From: Podarcis cretensis
Lineage: Eukaryota
Length of the DNA: 64,000 nt
Assembly: GCA_951804945.1 (NCBI GenBank)
Contig: OX638154.1
Coordinates: 50,282,001 to 50,346,000, forward strand
Reading direction: 5' to 3'
The stretch's first letter is position 1; each line of letters opens with the position of its first letter. The notes below the pieces were generated by a model, which worked only from the letters and a program-made list of their open reading frames with translations, ran no database searches and had not been told where the DNA came from. Both the position numbers and the translations under genes were made by a program. Shown here piece by piece: positions 13,568 through 24,542 of the stretch.

Positions 13568-14408
13568 GTAAGTGTTTGCAGAAGGCTTGTGGTGGCTTTG
13601 GGACAGTTGTGTGGATGATAGACAGGTGGTCTTCCATATGTACTATCTAGCAGACATGTGCATAATAGACCCATTTCCCACTGTAAAGAGGGCTTAGTTA
13701 TTGCAGAATATAATTAGAAGATACCAGCCTGTGAAGGTGGTTGGTTAGAAGCTCAAGACTGATGCCTTGAACAGTTCTTTCCCCCCAACTATGGAACAGG
13801 ATCAGACATTTACCATCAAGTTCTGATTTCCTTTGATTTCCCCACATGATCCTATATATATCTGAACTAGGATGTTCCCTTCAAGAATGTGCCCTAACTG
13901 ATCCACTGTTCACACCTGTCAAAATAAACCTCTTTGTAGTTTAGTCCTGATGATTCACTCTGCAGAGGGTCAAGTGATGGGCAGGTGGGTGCTAGCCAAA
14001 AGACCATTTTCCCTCTGGGATTGATACTGGAACTCAAGCTTAGTGCCACAACTCACTCATGCCCCCTAAGCACCATTGTGCCATTCAGCATCTTATATAA
14101 ACTGCTGGGATGACAACCAAAGCCCCTTGATTGATGTGGCCCTGGATCACCTGTGCAAGAGCAACACTGCTTCCTTGATATCTGGCAATTTTAAGGGAAA
14201 CAATCACCGGACATGCCCACATCACAGGACAGAGCAGATTTTGAGAATGCATGGGGAGACAAGAGGAAAGAGAAGTCCCATTGCATAGCATTGGATATAA
14301 CCCAGTGCATTTCAATGTTCCATTCTCCACCATTCATTTTAGTATCACTTTGTTTGGAAATACATTTTGCTGTCCAGGATCCAAACATTTTCATTCTTCT
14401 GTTGCCAG

Positions 14409-14535
14409 GTCTGCTTGTTTGTTGGGCTCTACTACAATGTGATCATAGGATGGAGCATCTTTTACTTTTTTAAATCCTTCCAGTACCCACTGCCTTGGAG
14501 CGAGTGCCCCATCATAAGGAATGGCACAGTGGCAA
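14409..14535 (+). CDS. SLC6A17: SLC6A17 coding exon 3
   Basis: ccag|[42 protein letters not shown]; donor A|GTGAGT (phase 1). Confidence 0.97.
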
Positions 14536-15278
14536 GTGAGTCCTTTCTCTTTACTGCTTTGCATGTGGTAGAAGGGAAATGAGGCACACTTCTTCAGGTG
14601 ATAAACAGCATTCAGCTCTGTGACTTCTAATCTTCCAGGATCTTATAATTCAAATGTGATAGTTGTTGCAGTAGTAATCAGTGTTGGCTGATACCACACA
14701 GCACAGATGGGTGGATGCATTCATTTATCCTTTTCCATCATTGTGGGTCCCAAGGAGAAATAAGTCTTCATTTGCCCTGTACTCTGTAGTTACTATAGTT
14801 AGGTAATTCAACATTACTTTCTCTAGGGGTATTGAGAGTAGTGGCAGAGAACGACCTTCCAGTCAACAACTTAACAATAGTTCAGGTTTGTTTCCAGCTG
14901 ATAGGGTGTGGGAATTGCGTTTGGGCATTGGTTGGCAGGAAATGGATATTTTCCAAAGAGTGCTATAGAGACACTCTGGAGGTTAATGGAGCATTTAATA
15001 GAATGTGAACATCTCCCAGAATATATATAAATCTTTTATAGTGGGTGTAAATTGCCCCATTTATTTAACTTTTAGTTTCAGTGGCAAGATCTTGGATTCT
15101 TTTTCCTTTCTCCTAATGTGAACTTCGGCATCCTTCCTGAAGTGCCCTATGATGGCTTGTCTCTTCTACTTAGCCTTTAAATGCTGTCTTGCTTGCTGTG
15201 GCACTGGTGCTGTGGCACAGGTGACTTCTAAATGAGAAGTCAAAGCATGTAAAAAAAACCTCTTTTTTCCCTTTTCAG

Positions 15279-15460
15279 CTGTGGAACCAGAATGCGACAA
15301 AAGCTCTGCTACTACTTACTTCTGGTACCGGGATGCCCTGGACATCTCCAACTCCATTAATGAGAGTGGTGGGCTTAACTGGAGAATGACTTTATGCCTC
15401 CTGGCCGCTTGGAGCATTGTAGGCTTGGCCATGATCAAAGGAATTCAGTCTTCAGGAAAG
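15279..15460 (+). CDS. SLC6A17: SLC6A17 coding exon 4
   Basis: ttttcag|CT GTG GAA...; [61 protein letters not shown]; donor GTAAGT at 15461. Confidence 0.97.
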
Positions 15461-15550
15461 GTAAGTGTTGATGGTGGCAGCCCAAAGCAGAACAGAGATT
15501 GCCAGAACCGACAAAAGGTGGATCCAGTGGTGGATATAAAGTGGTGGATC

Positions 15551-15671
15551 CAGGGATGGGAAACCTGTGGCTCTCCAGATGCTGCTGGACTACAACTCCC
15601 ATCATCCCTGCCCATAGGCCATGTTGGCTGGGGCTGACAATGTCTGGAGGGCCACAGCTTCCCCATCCCAG
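15551..15671. mobile_element. Hairpin hAT-type MITE, older copy
   Basis: Carries the ccagatgctgctggactacaactcccatcatccct family core. Further degraded copies at ~6266-6380, ~27766-27912, ~37645-37738, ~61978-62114 and ~62826-62925. Confidence 0.75.
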
Positions 15672-16098
15672 GGACACAATCTTGCAGCCAGGAACAAAGC
15701 GTTCAGCAGCTTCCACACATCCTGAATGGTTCATGGGGCCCAGGTAACCATAATGGAATAAGAAGCTAAGAAAAAGGAAAGGGTGAACACTTTTTCTTCC
15801 CAACCACTTGGTCCAGGAGGGCTTGCTCCATTTTGCTTGGCCTGTGCCTGAGAGCAGCCACCTGAAAGTAAGAATAACATGTGAGAGAGCCCATAGTTGA
15901 ATGAAGTCAGCAGTACCCAATAGCAATCACAGGCACAGCTTCCTCTCTTTTGGGATACAGCTGTTCAGCTTACCTATCTTAGGGCATATCCACATCAAAC
16001 CAGTTAGCAGTCACTTATTTCCCCATGGAGAACCACAGGAACTGTAGTTCTGTTTGGGGAGAGGGCTCAGGATCTCTAACAGTGAATTCATCAAAGTA

Positions 16099-16466
16099 CC
16101 ACATTGGCCTGAATATAAGCCACACCTGAATATAAGCCACTCTTTTAAAATTGGAGGGGGGGTAATAAAAAGAAAAAATACCCAAATATAAGCAGCTCCC
16201 TTCCTCACTGCTCCTGGCTGCATACTGGGGGGGGGGGCTGTGTTGCGTTGTCAGCGGCCTTTCTCCTTCCTTGCTCTCTCCCTTCCCAGTCTTGGGAGAG
16301 AGGATGGGGAACTACGCATGGGGCAGGCGCCACATCACCACGCTCCTGGCGCCGTTTGCCCTGCGCTCCTAGCTGCATACCGTATGGTCGCGAATATAAG
16401 CCACACTTTAACTTTTCACGGTTAGAATTTGGGCAAAAAGTGCAGCTTATATTCAGGCCAATACGG
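16099..16466. mobile_element. Non-autonomous pogo/Tigger-like MITE (368 bp)
   Basis: TA|CCACATTGGCCTGAATATAAGC...GCTTATATTCAGGCCAATACGG|TA; TA TSD; repeated GAATATAAGCC subterminal motif. Confidence 0.85.
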
Positions 16467-16639
16467 TATCTCACCAAACTACAGTTCCCAAAATGCTTTG
16501 CAGAAAGAAAAATACTGACAGAAGTTTCCAGTAGGGTAGATTTGGGCTTATTGTTCATCCTTAAGACTTCCTTTATATACAGTCTACTGCTGGATTATAT
16601 AAAGTAGGATCTCCCGCTTTCTCTCCCTCTCCCACTCAG

Positions 16640-16750
16640 GTGATGTATTTCAGCTCCCTTTTTCCTTACGTGGTACTAATCTGTTTCCTGGTCCGGGGAT
16701 TGCTCTTGAGGGGGGCGATAGATGGGATTCTGCACATGTTCACTCCCAAG
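16640..16750 (+). CDS. SLC6A17: SLC6A17 coding exon 5
   Basis: ctcag|[37 protein letters not shown]|GTAAGC. Confidence 0.97.
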
Positions 16751-18176
16751 GTAAGCCCACCACACTCACCATGTGCCTTTAGACCAGTCAGAGAAATGTC
16801 TCTTACTGGGAACTATAGCTAGCAAGAATCCTATGTCTCTGGTGATCATCACAATCCATGCCCTATGTTAAACGGATGCCTCTGTGGCCCTGCCTGGATG
16901 GCACCAGAGCAAAGCAAATTTTACGTAGGTGTAGGTGTTGCTTTTTTAGTCAATGGTGCTACTCTCTCTGAAACTGAAATGCTGAAGATTAATTGCTTTG
17001 GGCATGCCAGTCAAGGTCTGTTTCATTATTCTTCCTGCTTGGGTCAGAATTGTACCAAATTAACCAGATTTGTCAAAGGACAGCTGCAAAATGGATTGAC
17101 TCATTAGCTGCTTAATTAATTCATTAAACAAAGAAGTAGGTGATTGAAATTATGAAGCTGGCATTAATCCTGATTAATTTTGAATAAGATATTCTAAAAT
17201 ACAAGCCCCAGTGTCCAAGTTCTCATTGTAGGTAGGATGATTAGCAGCCACACACCTTCCATTTGCAATACCGTATAGGCTCCATCTGTAAATGGCATCT
17301 CCATCAGGTTTGTCCAGATTCTTGGCAGCAGAAGGTCCCACCGGTATCACACTACACGCAATCAGCATGCAATGGGTGCTTTAGGTGAGATTCCTGCATT
17401 GCAGGGGTTCGACTAGATGACCCTATGATTCTATGATTCTAATTTGGTAGGGCTCACTTTCCATGCCACAAACCATGGTGGACTGAAAAGGAGTAAAGTG
17501 CTTAATAGTTTGCTAGTACATTAGTTTGCAGAGAGTACTTGCATAGCTTGCTAGCATAAATGTGACTGTCCTGTGCAGTCTATTAAGTGCATTCTTTAAG
17601 CAGCAATCCATAATCAATAAGGTTAATCAAGTTTTTCTTGATAAAGGGGTGGGGGCTAATTCTAACTGGCAGGGGTCATTTTGAAACACTGAGTTTGTTT
17701 TTTCTCAACTTTCATTTGGACACTACCTGTGTTTTCAAGCTTTCTTCCATAGGAATCATAAGGGCTAGTGTTTTTTGCTTTTGTTTTGCTTTTCTCTTTT
17801 AAAAGATCGTGACATTTTTTTCAGGGAATGATATTCCATACCTAGCTGGGTAAGCCCACAAAGTGCACAGGCAGTAAAAAATCTAAAATGCAATGAAGAA
17901 TAGGGCATTCACAGTTCTGCATCTGAGATCCATTTATTTCCATGGGACCTGATTCCCTTTCTATTGTGCCCTTAGGCATCAATAATTGAGTCAACAGAGG
18001 AGAAAGATAGAGAGCTCTCTCTAGCATATGCACAAAGAACAGATACCCAGGCAATGGTGTGCTGTTCTCAGCTGCCAATGTTATACATTTAAATATAAAT
18101 GTGCCATATGTGTACCAAGCTGAGCATCTCTGATGCAGGATGGATGACTTGGCTTCCCTCTCATCTCTCCTTACAG

Positions 18177-18418
18177 CTAGATAAAATGTTGGATCTCCAG
18201 GTCTGGCGGGAAGCAGCCACTCAGGTCTTCTTTGCCCTCGGACTGGGCTTTGGCGGAGTTATTGCTTTTTCCAGTTACAACAAGCAGGACAATAACTGCC
18301 ACTTCGATGCAGCCTTGGTCTCCTTCATCAACTTCTTCACCTCCATTTTGGCCACACTGGTAGTCTTTGCTGTGCTGGGCTTCAAAGCCAATGTCATGAA
18401 TGAAAAGTGTGTGGTTGA
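18177..18418 (+). CDS. SLC6A17: SLC6A17 coding exon 6
   Basis: ttacag|[80 protein letters not shown], then GA|GTAAGT (phase 2). Confidence 0.97.
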
Positions 18419-18715
18419 GTAAGTACTCATTCCAGTCTCTCCCTCCCTCCCTCTCCCTTTCTTTCGCCCCAAAAGGCTTCTCTAGAGGGCACAACCACAG
18501 CAGCTATTTTTCAGGGTACCTTATAGTTACTTTAAAAAAAGCATCCAGTGCAGCTGGTGCAATTCTGTTCTGGCCTGAAGCTTTGATAGCCAGCAACGGT
18601 GGTTTCCTTCTGGCCAGGTGGCAACCTAGAGTGCTCTCTGGAACTAGGAAAGCAGCTTTTCATCTTATTATTTTTGCAGAATGTGCTGTGAATTAGCTGG
18701 ACTAAATCCTGCCAC

Positions 18716-18745
18716 TTCATTCATTCATTCATTCATTCATTCATT
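18716..18745. repeat. (TTCA)n microsatellite
   Basis: About 7 tandem units. Confidence 0.9.
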
Positions 18746-18784
18746 ATTATTCAGTATTCATTCAGCTCATTCCTTCACAATTTT

Positions 18785-18945
18785 CTTCCCTCCATTTTAT
18801 CCTCACGACAACCTTGTTAGGTAGGTTTAGCTCAGAGACTGTGACTGACTCACCCAGTGAACTTCATGGCTGAGTGGGAACCAAAACCCTGGTCCCCCTG
18901 GTCCTAGTCTGACATTCTTGATTAACCACTGCACCACACTGGCTC
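18785..18945 (-). mobile_element. SINE fragment (MIR/Sauria-like)
   Basis: ccattttatcctcacgacaaccttgttaggtagg...cacccagtgaacttcatggctgagtggg. Related copies at ~6030-6230, ~47870-48095 and ~56470-56667. Confidence 0.55.
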
Positions 18946-19063
18946 CCATCAACTGCTGGGGTTCATTTTGCCTGTTTTGCTGGAAGAAGATGCCCTTCGC
19001 CCAGAACAAGGTGAACAAGGCCAGGCAATGGCTCTGTAATGACCTTTAGCTTCTTCTCCATAG

Positions 19064-19256
19064 GAATGCTGAGAAGATTCTGGGTTATCTGAATACCAAT
19101 GTCCTCAGCCATGCACTCATCCCACCCCAAGTGAACTTCTCCCATCTCACGGCCAAAGACTACACCGAGATGTATGGTGTGATAAAGACAGTGAAGAAGG
19201 ATCATTTCGATAAGCTGGGCCTGGATCCTTGTCTACTGGAAGATGAGCTTAACAAG
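19064..19256 (+). CDS. SLC6A17: SLC6A17 coding exon 7
   Basis: ccatag|G AAT GCT...; (E)NAEKILGYLNTNVLSHALIPPQVNFSHLTAKDYTEMYGVIKTVKKDHFDKLGLDPCLLEDELNK|GTATGT. Absent from the ORF track but frame-compatible with its neighbours. Confidence 0.96.
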
Positions 19257-20226
19257 GTATGTTTATAGCCAGACTTGCTTTTCACAGTATATTTATAGCT
19301 GGGCTTGCCTTTCATGGACATTTTCGACCCTAGATGCTGGTTCCACTCTTGTACATCACTGAAGTCTCAGAGCGAGTCAACTTGCTTGGGAAGAGCACAT
19401 GGTAGAGCTCTCTTGGGATTGTACCACTTCTGCATGGTGCAAGTGGGGGATCTCATGCTCATACGCACCCCATTTTCTTGTTAAAAAACAACCACCTCTC
19501 ATTGCATATAGAAAATTAACACCTTGCATATAGAAAATTAGCATATTAGAGAGAAGGCTAAGGCAGAAAGCTTGTGATTTCTGTTTAAGATCACTCTTGG
19601 TTGCAGTTCTTACCATGTGCTGATGAAGACTTCACTGACATAAGGAATAAGGAACCGAAGTATGTCAAAATCATTGCAAGAATTGAGTTTGTGAGAGGTG
19701 GCCGACTATAACAGTGTTATGGAACAGATGTGTTTGGGTGCTATGAATAGTAGAGCCTATATTTCATATACTGAAGTTCCCAAGTTTATTCCCCAGCATC
19801 TCCAGGTGGGGATGGGAGTGTCCCTTGTCTGAAAACCTCAAGAGCATCTGTATAGACGATGCTGAGCTAGATGGACCATTGGTCTGACTTGGTTTAAGAA
19901 AGACTCCTGTCTTCATGAGATTACTGAGGGAGGTGAAACTGAGAAATGAATACATCATGTAATTTCTATGGGATACATGCATTGAAAAGTCACAACTTTC
20001 CATGACTTCTCAGAACATGTACATATGTAGTGAAACAGATGCTTGTGCAATCATTTGTATGCATTATGCATCATTTTCCTTATACCCACAATGGTTTGGC
20101 TGTTTGGTTCTGAGAGCCTGTGATTTTACAGATAGAAATCTATTTACATGAATACCTGCACACCTGCTTTTATGATGTAATCTTCTGCCCAGAGTAACGC
20201 AAGCATCTTCTTTTGGCTGTGTACAG

Positions 20227-20419
20227 TCAGTGCAGGGAACTGGCCTTGCATTCATAGCTTTCACAGAAGCAATGACCCACTTTCCAGCTTCTCCTTTCTG
20301 GTCAGTGATGTTCTTCTTGATGCTGATAAACCTGGGTTTGGGGAGCATGATTGGGACCATGGCTGGCATCACCACACCCATCATTGACATGTTCAAAGTG
20401 CGCAAGGAAGCATTAACAG
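20227..20419 (+). CDS. SLC6A17: SLC6A17 coding exon 8
   Basis: tacag|[64 protein letters not shown], then G|GTAAGT. Confidence 0.97.
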
Positions 20420-22727
20420 GTAAGTTCTCTCTTGGGGAAACTCAAGAAACCATTCACAGAGTAGCACTGTTGTGCATGCAATGACATCATTTAGTTCTGG
20501 CCATGACTTGTGCTACAAAATACGTTGCTGGATGGGATAAAATTGTAATTCTTAAAAGTTATGGCATAACATCAGAGCTGAACCAATATTTCTATTGCTG
20601 AAATATGTTTGCTGTCCCCAAAAAGGGATTTGGGGGCTAAGGGGTGCCTGTCAATGTTGGGAAGCTCACACACTGTGATAATGTGGCAGTATCTGGGGAA
20701 CTGATGATTTTGGGTCATTTCATAAGACCAAATTGTGGAGGGTTTATGGGTGAGTAGATCTGGGCTGAGTTTGGAAAGTTGCAAAATGATTTTGTGATTA
20801 TTTCATCAAACCCCTACATTTATCATACCACTACAAAGCTGATCCAAATGGCTGCTAGTAGCATATTCACCATGCAATCCAAGAATGCTTTGGTTACTTC
20901 AAAGTAAATCACAGTGGTTTAAATGGATTGTAGCCCCGATGTGCCTCGGGTTATGAATTGAACACTTCATTGCATGCCAAACTCTGGTAGAATCAATTCA
21001 ATGCACATGTCCAAATTAGCAAGCTATGTAAAACCCAATTAAGCAACGCAGGGTATGAAGCACTGGTAACAAATTCCATTGCAGTGACAAAAGCAAAAAC
21101 CAGCATTTAAACTCATCATTCAAAGCATCCACATCTGAAGCCTGATGTGAGCCTTGCAGTCAGGACCTGTCATTGCTGATAAGCTCAGTAAAGTTAAGTT
21201 AAGGGGGTGTTTCTGAGGTATATAGTACCTTCTGTGATCTCCACATGCCTACCTGCCTAGATACTTGCAGATTTGTATGTAGCAGATTTTGTTTTACATT
21301 TCTCTAAAGATTACATTGCATATTAAAAGTTTAAGAGCAATTTATAGGGCACTCCTATGAATGTTTGCTTAGAAATAAGCCGCACAGTGTTCAATGGAGC
21401 TTAATCTCAAAGAAGTGTGTCTAAGATTGCAACCTTAAACTTTTAAATAGTGAAATCAAGTACATAAAATTCACTGAAACCAAATGTTGTTCTTGCCTTA
21501 ACTCTGTTTCCCTATAGTGGCCAGTTGGGGCTTCTACATTTAGGATAAAATTTCTTGCATAGAAGGCACATGTGGAAAGCTGAGTGAATCCCACATATAC
21601 CTTGCCACACACGTGTCTGTTTTACCATGAGTACCAAGTACAGGAGGCACCAGTGGTGGCCTACTTCTGTCAGGCATATGCACATTAACAAAGTCGATGT
21701 GCATTCATTTATCAGCAAGCTACATGCAGGATATGTGGCCTTGTAGGTAAGACATTTTGTCATGTCTGAAACTGGCTTTGGAGTTACTTTTTCTGCAGGA
21801 GTGATATTATAGCCATAGAGCAACAGACATACCAACTTGATGCTCACTGACCCAACTCCATGATATAGGACAAACAGGGGCAACAAATGCATAATTTTTT
21901 GAAGTTGGCTCAGTCTGAAAAATCAGGAATCTCATCATTACAGCTCTATTGTATCTTCAGCACAGGATCATTTTTTCCATGCACCTCAATATATATTCAG
22001 ACTCCTATGGTGAAGTGAATTGAATGAGTTGTGTTGGAGAACTGACATGTGGGTACTATTATGACCAGAGGTGATGTGAAAGATGTTTTGTAAGATTCAA
22101 AGAGGGCATTAGACTGCAAAAGTCAGAGTGACCTGGGTTACTAACATCCAAATCCAGTTCATCCTGGCCTGGAAATTGGGAAAAGGGTGCTTCCGTCAAG
22201 TGAATCAAGAAATGGGTGACTCTTCAAGAGGAAGTTAAGTTATAATAATTTTTGCAACAATTCTGCAAATATAAGGAACTTGGGATCTAGTTAGTACTGC
22301 ACAGGTAGACATGAATTTGGGACATTTTATGTGCTGGACTTCACAGCCTCAATAACACTTAATGAAGAGAAGATGTTTCCCTACATCTCAGTGAGCAAAC
22401 ACTTTCCTAGAATATCTAGTATAGCCTGAAACTTTCCCCTGTCGAATTAGAGCGCTTGTCACAGATATACCCTGAAGCACTTTTTGTCCGTTTGAACAGC
22501 TCTAACATATTGATGAACTGTTTGCGTATCTGAAGAGCTCTAAACTCTCTCTAATTCCTGCCCTTAAAGTCTTTACCATGCACACGCATCTCACGATACT
22601 GCCAGGGGCCCTTGTAATACGTTGCTGCTCTTCGGTAGAAATAATATTATCGGTTTACCTTTTGGATCCTGCAGCAGTTTTGCATGCCCTCGTGTAGCTG
22701 ACGGTTACTGTGATCTGCTCTTTACAG

Positions 22728-22887
22728 TTGGCTGCTGCATTTTTGCTTTCTTCGTGGGGCTGATCTTTGTGCAACGCTCAGGCAACTACTTTGTCAACAT
22801 GTTTGATGATTACTCTGCAACGCTGCCACTCACCCTCGTAGTCATCCTGGAAAACATTGCAGTGGCTTGGATTTACGGCACCAAGAA
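22728..22887 (+). CDS. SLC6A17: SLC6A17 coding exon 9
   Basis: tttacag|(V)[52 protein letters not shown], then AA|GTAAGC. Confidence 0.97.
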
Positions 22888-23142
22888 GTAAGCATTTATT
22901 TCCAGGAGGGTTAGCCTGTTCATATTCCTGCAGGCTTGTCTGAATTTCTAAGCATTTGGCTTTGAATGCTTTGCCCCTCTTACCTACCACTACATGGATT
23001 TCATTGTTCTTGAAGCACTCAGGCTTCTTGATGCTTCTTTGGACTTCTGGCCCCACCAGAGTTCCCATCCAAATCAAGGGGAATTAAAGAGCAAGGAACC
23101 TTGTGCTTCAACATGTTTGCTTTCTTCCTTTCTTCTTCCTAG

Positions 23143-23305
23143 ATTCATGCAAGAATTAACAGAGATGCTGGGTTTCCGCCCTTACCGGTTTTACTTCTAC
23201 ACATGGAAGTACATCTCACCCATTTGCATGGCTGGCCTGATGACAGCCAGTGTGATCCAGCTAGCTGTCAGTCCTCCAGGTTATAATGCCTGGATCCGAG
23301 AGGAG
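23143..23305 (+). CDS. SLC6A17: SLC6A17 coding exon 10
   Basis: cttcctag|(K)FMQELTEMLGFRPYRFYFYTWKYISPICMAGLMTASVIQLAVSPPGYNAWIREE|GTGAGT. Confidence 0.97.
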
Positions 23306-24173
23306 GTGAGTTGACAAATAAAAGTGCATCCCCCAAAGGCTACAAATCCACAGGCTGTGTACCAATTGGCAACCAACCCACATACTATACAGTGAAGCCA
23401 CAGGGTCCTCACTGCAAATGGCTGTGATCATTTGTGCAATTGTTAGGCCAGCATCCACCTGGAGGACAGAGAGGCATCATCCTTATACCAGAGTACCTTG
23501 CATTTCCTCCTGCTTCCAGAGCTGTGGCCCCGGAGGTTGCAGATACACCATAAAACCCAACTAGCCAATATCCTGCTGGAGATGATCCCAGACAGAGCTG
23601 GCATGGATTTCTGATCACCCTTCCAAGGAATTGGGAGTGAGAGGCTATCTTAGCCATGTAGAGTGACAGCAGTTGAAATCCCAGTGTTGCAAAAACTCCC
23701 TTGCTTTTTAGGGTAGTCCAAGGTTAAGGAGCAGTAGTTCAAGGTATGGAACCTGAACATTCATTTAAACATTTATTTGTTCTGCAGGAAAATTGTTGGT
23801 CCAGCTTTGTGTAACTGTGGGAACCTGCTGCCTCTTTATTAGTATTTTATTTAAGTGGGGGTTGCCTCCTGCAAGAGCAAAATGTTCTAATGCAGTGTGC
23901 TCTTGAAAGATTAACCCTTTGGCAGGTGTTTCAGGGTGCGTATGCAGAAAAGGGAACACAGGGGTGAGAAAGACCTTTTGGCAAAAATCCTTTGCATGTA
24001 TAATATTTTCCCCTTGCAGTACTTGCTGGCCCTTCTCTTGGAGATGGGAATACAAGCAGCATACTTTACTTGCCTTGGTGCCACAGAAATAGCAACTTGA
24101 TCACTTCAAGGACCTCACTTGTGTCGAGGCTGGCGAATGTCAACTGCCAACTGTGTTTTCCCTTCTCTTCCAG

Positions 24174-24542
24174 GCAGCAGAGAAATATCTCTATTACCCC
24201 AAATGGGCAATGGGCGTCCTTGTCTCACTGATCATCCTGGCCACCCTTCCTCTGCCGGTTGTCTTCATCCTCCGCCAGTTTCACCTGGTGTCAGATGGTT
24301 CCAATGCTCTTTCTGTTACTTACAAGAAGGGGCGTATAATGAAGGACATCTCAAACTTAGAAGACAATGATGAGACACGTTTCATCTTGAGTAAAGTACC
24401 CAGTGAAACCCCTTCCCCAATGCCTACACATCGTTCTTATCTAGGCCCAGGGAGCACATCCCCAATGGAGATGAGCAGCGTTGCCAATGGACGCTACAGT
24501 AGCGGGTACCTTACGGCTACCACTCCCGAATCTGAACTGTGA
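24174..24542 (+). CDS. SLC6A17: SLC6A17 last coding exon
   Basis: cttccag|AAEKYLYYPKW...KKGRIMKDISNLEDNDETRFILSKVPSETPSPMPTHRSYLGPGSTSP...TPESEL*. This C-terminus is characteristic of SLC6A17 rather than SLC6A15. The 11 exons sum to 2178 nt (725 aa plus stop). Confidence 0.97.
   Translation, partial: AAEKYLYYPKWAMGVLVSLIILATLPLPVVFILRQFHLVSDGSNALSVTYKKGRIMKDISNLEDNDETRFILSKVPSETPSPMPTHRSYLGPGSTSPMEMSSVANGRYSSGYLTATTPESEL

Noticed and set aside
17174-17368. 64-aa minus-strand ORF next to a CR1 3' tail (~17371-17440), considered as a retrocopy or viral fragment
   Set aside because: No homology that I can recognise; a BLASTX search would be needed.
24171-24180. Tandem AG acceptors (cagGCAGCAG; similar at 18177 and 20227)
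   Set aside because: Offsets of 4 or 7 nt shift the frame, so these are not productive NAGNAG alternatives.
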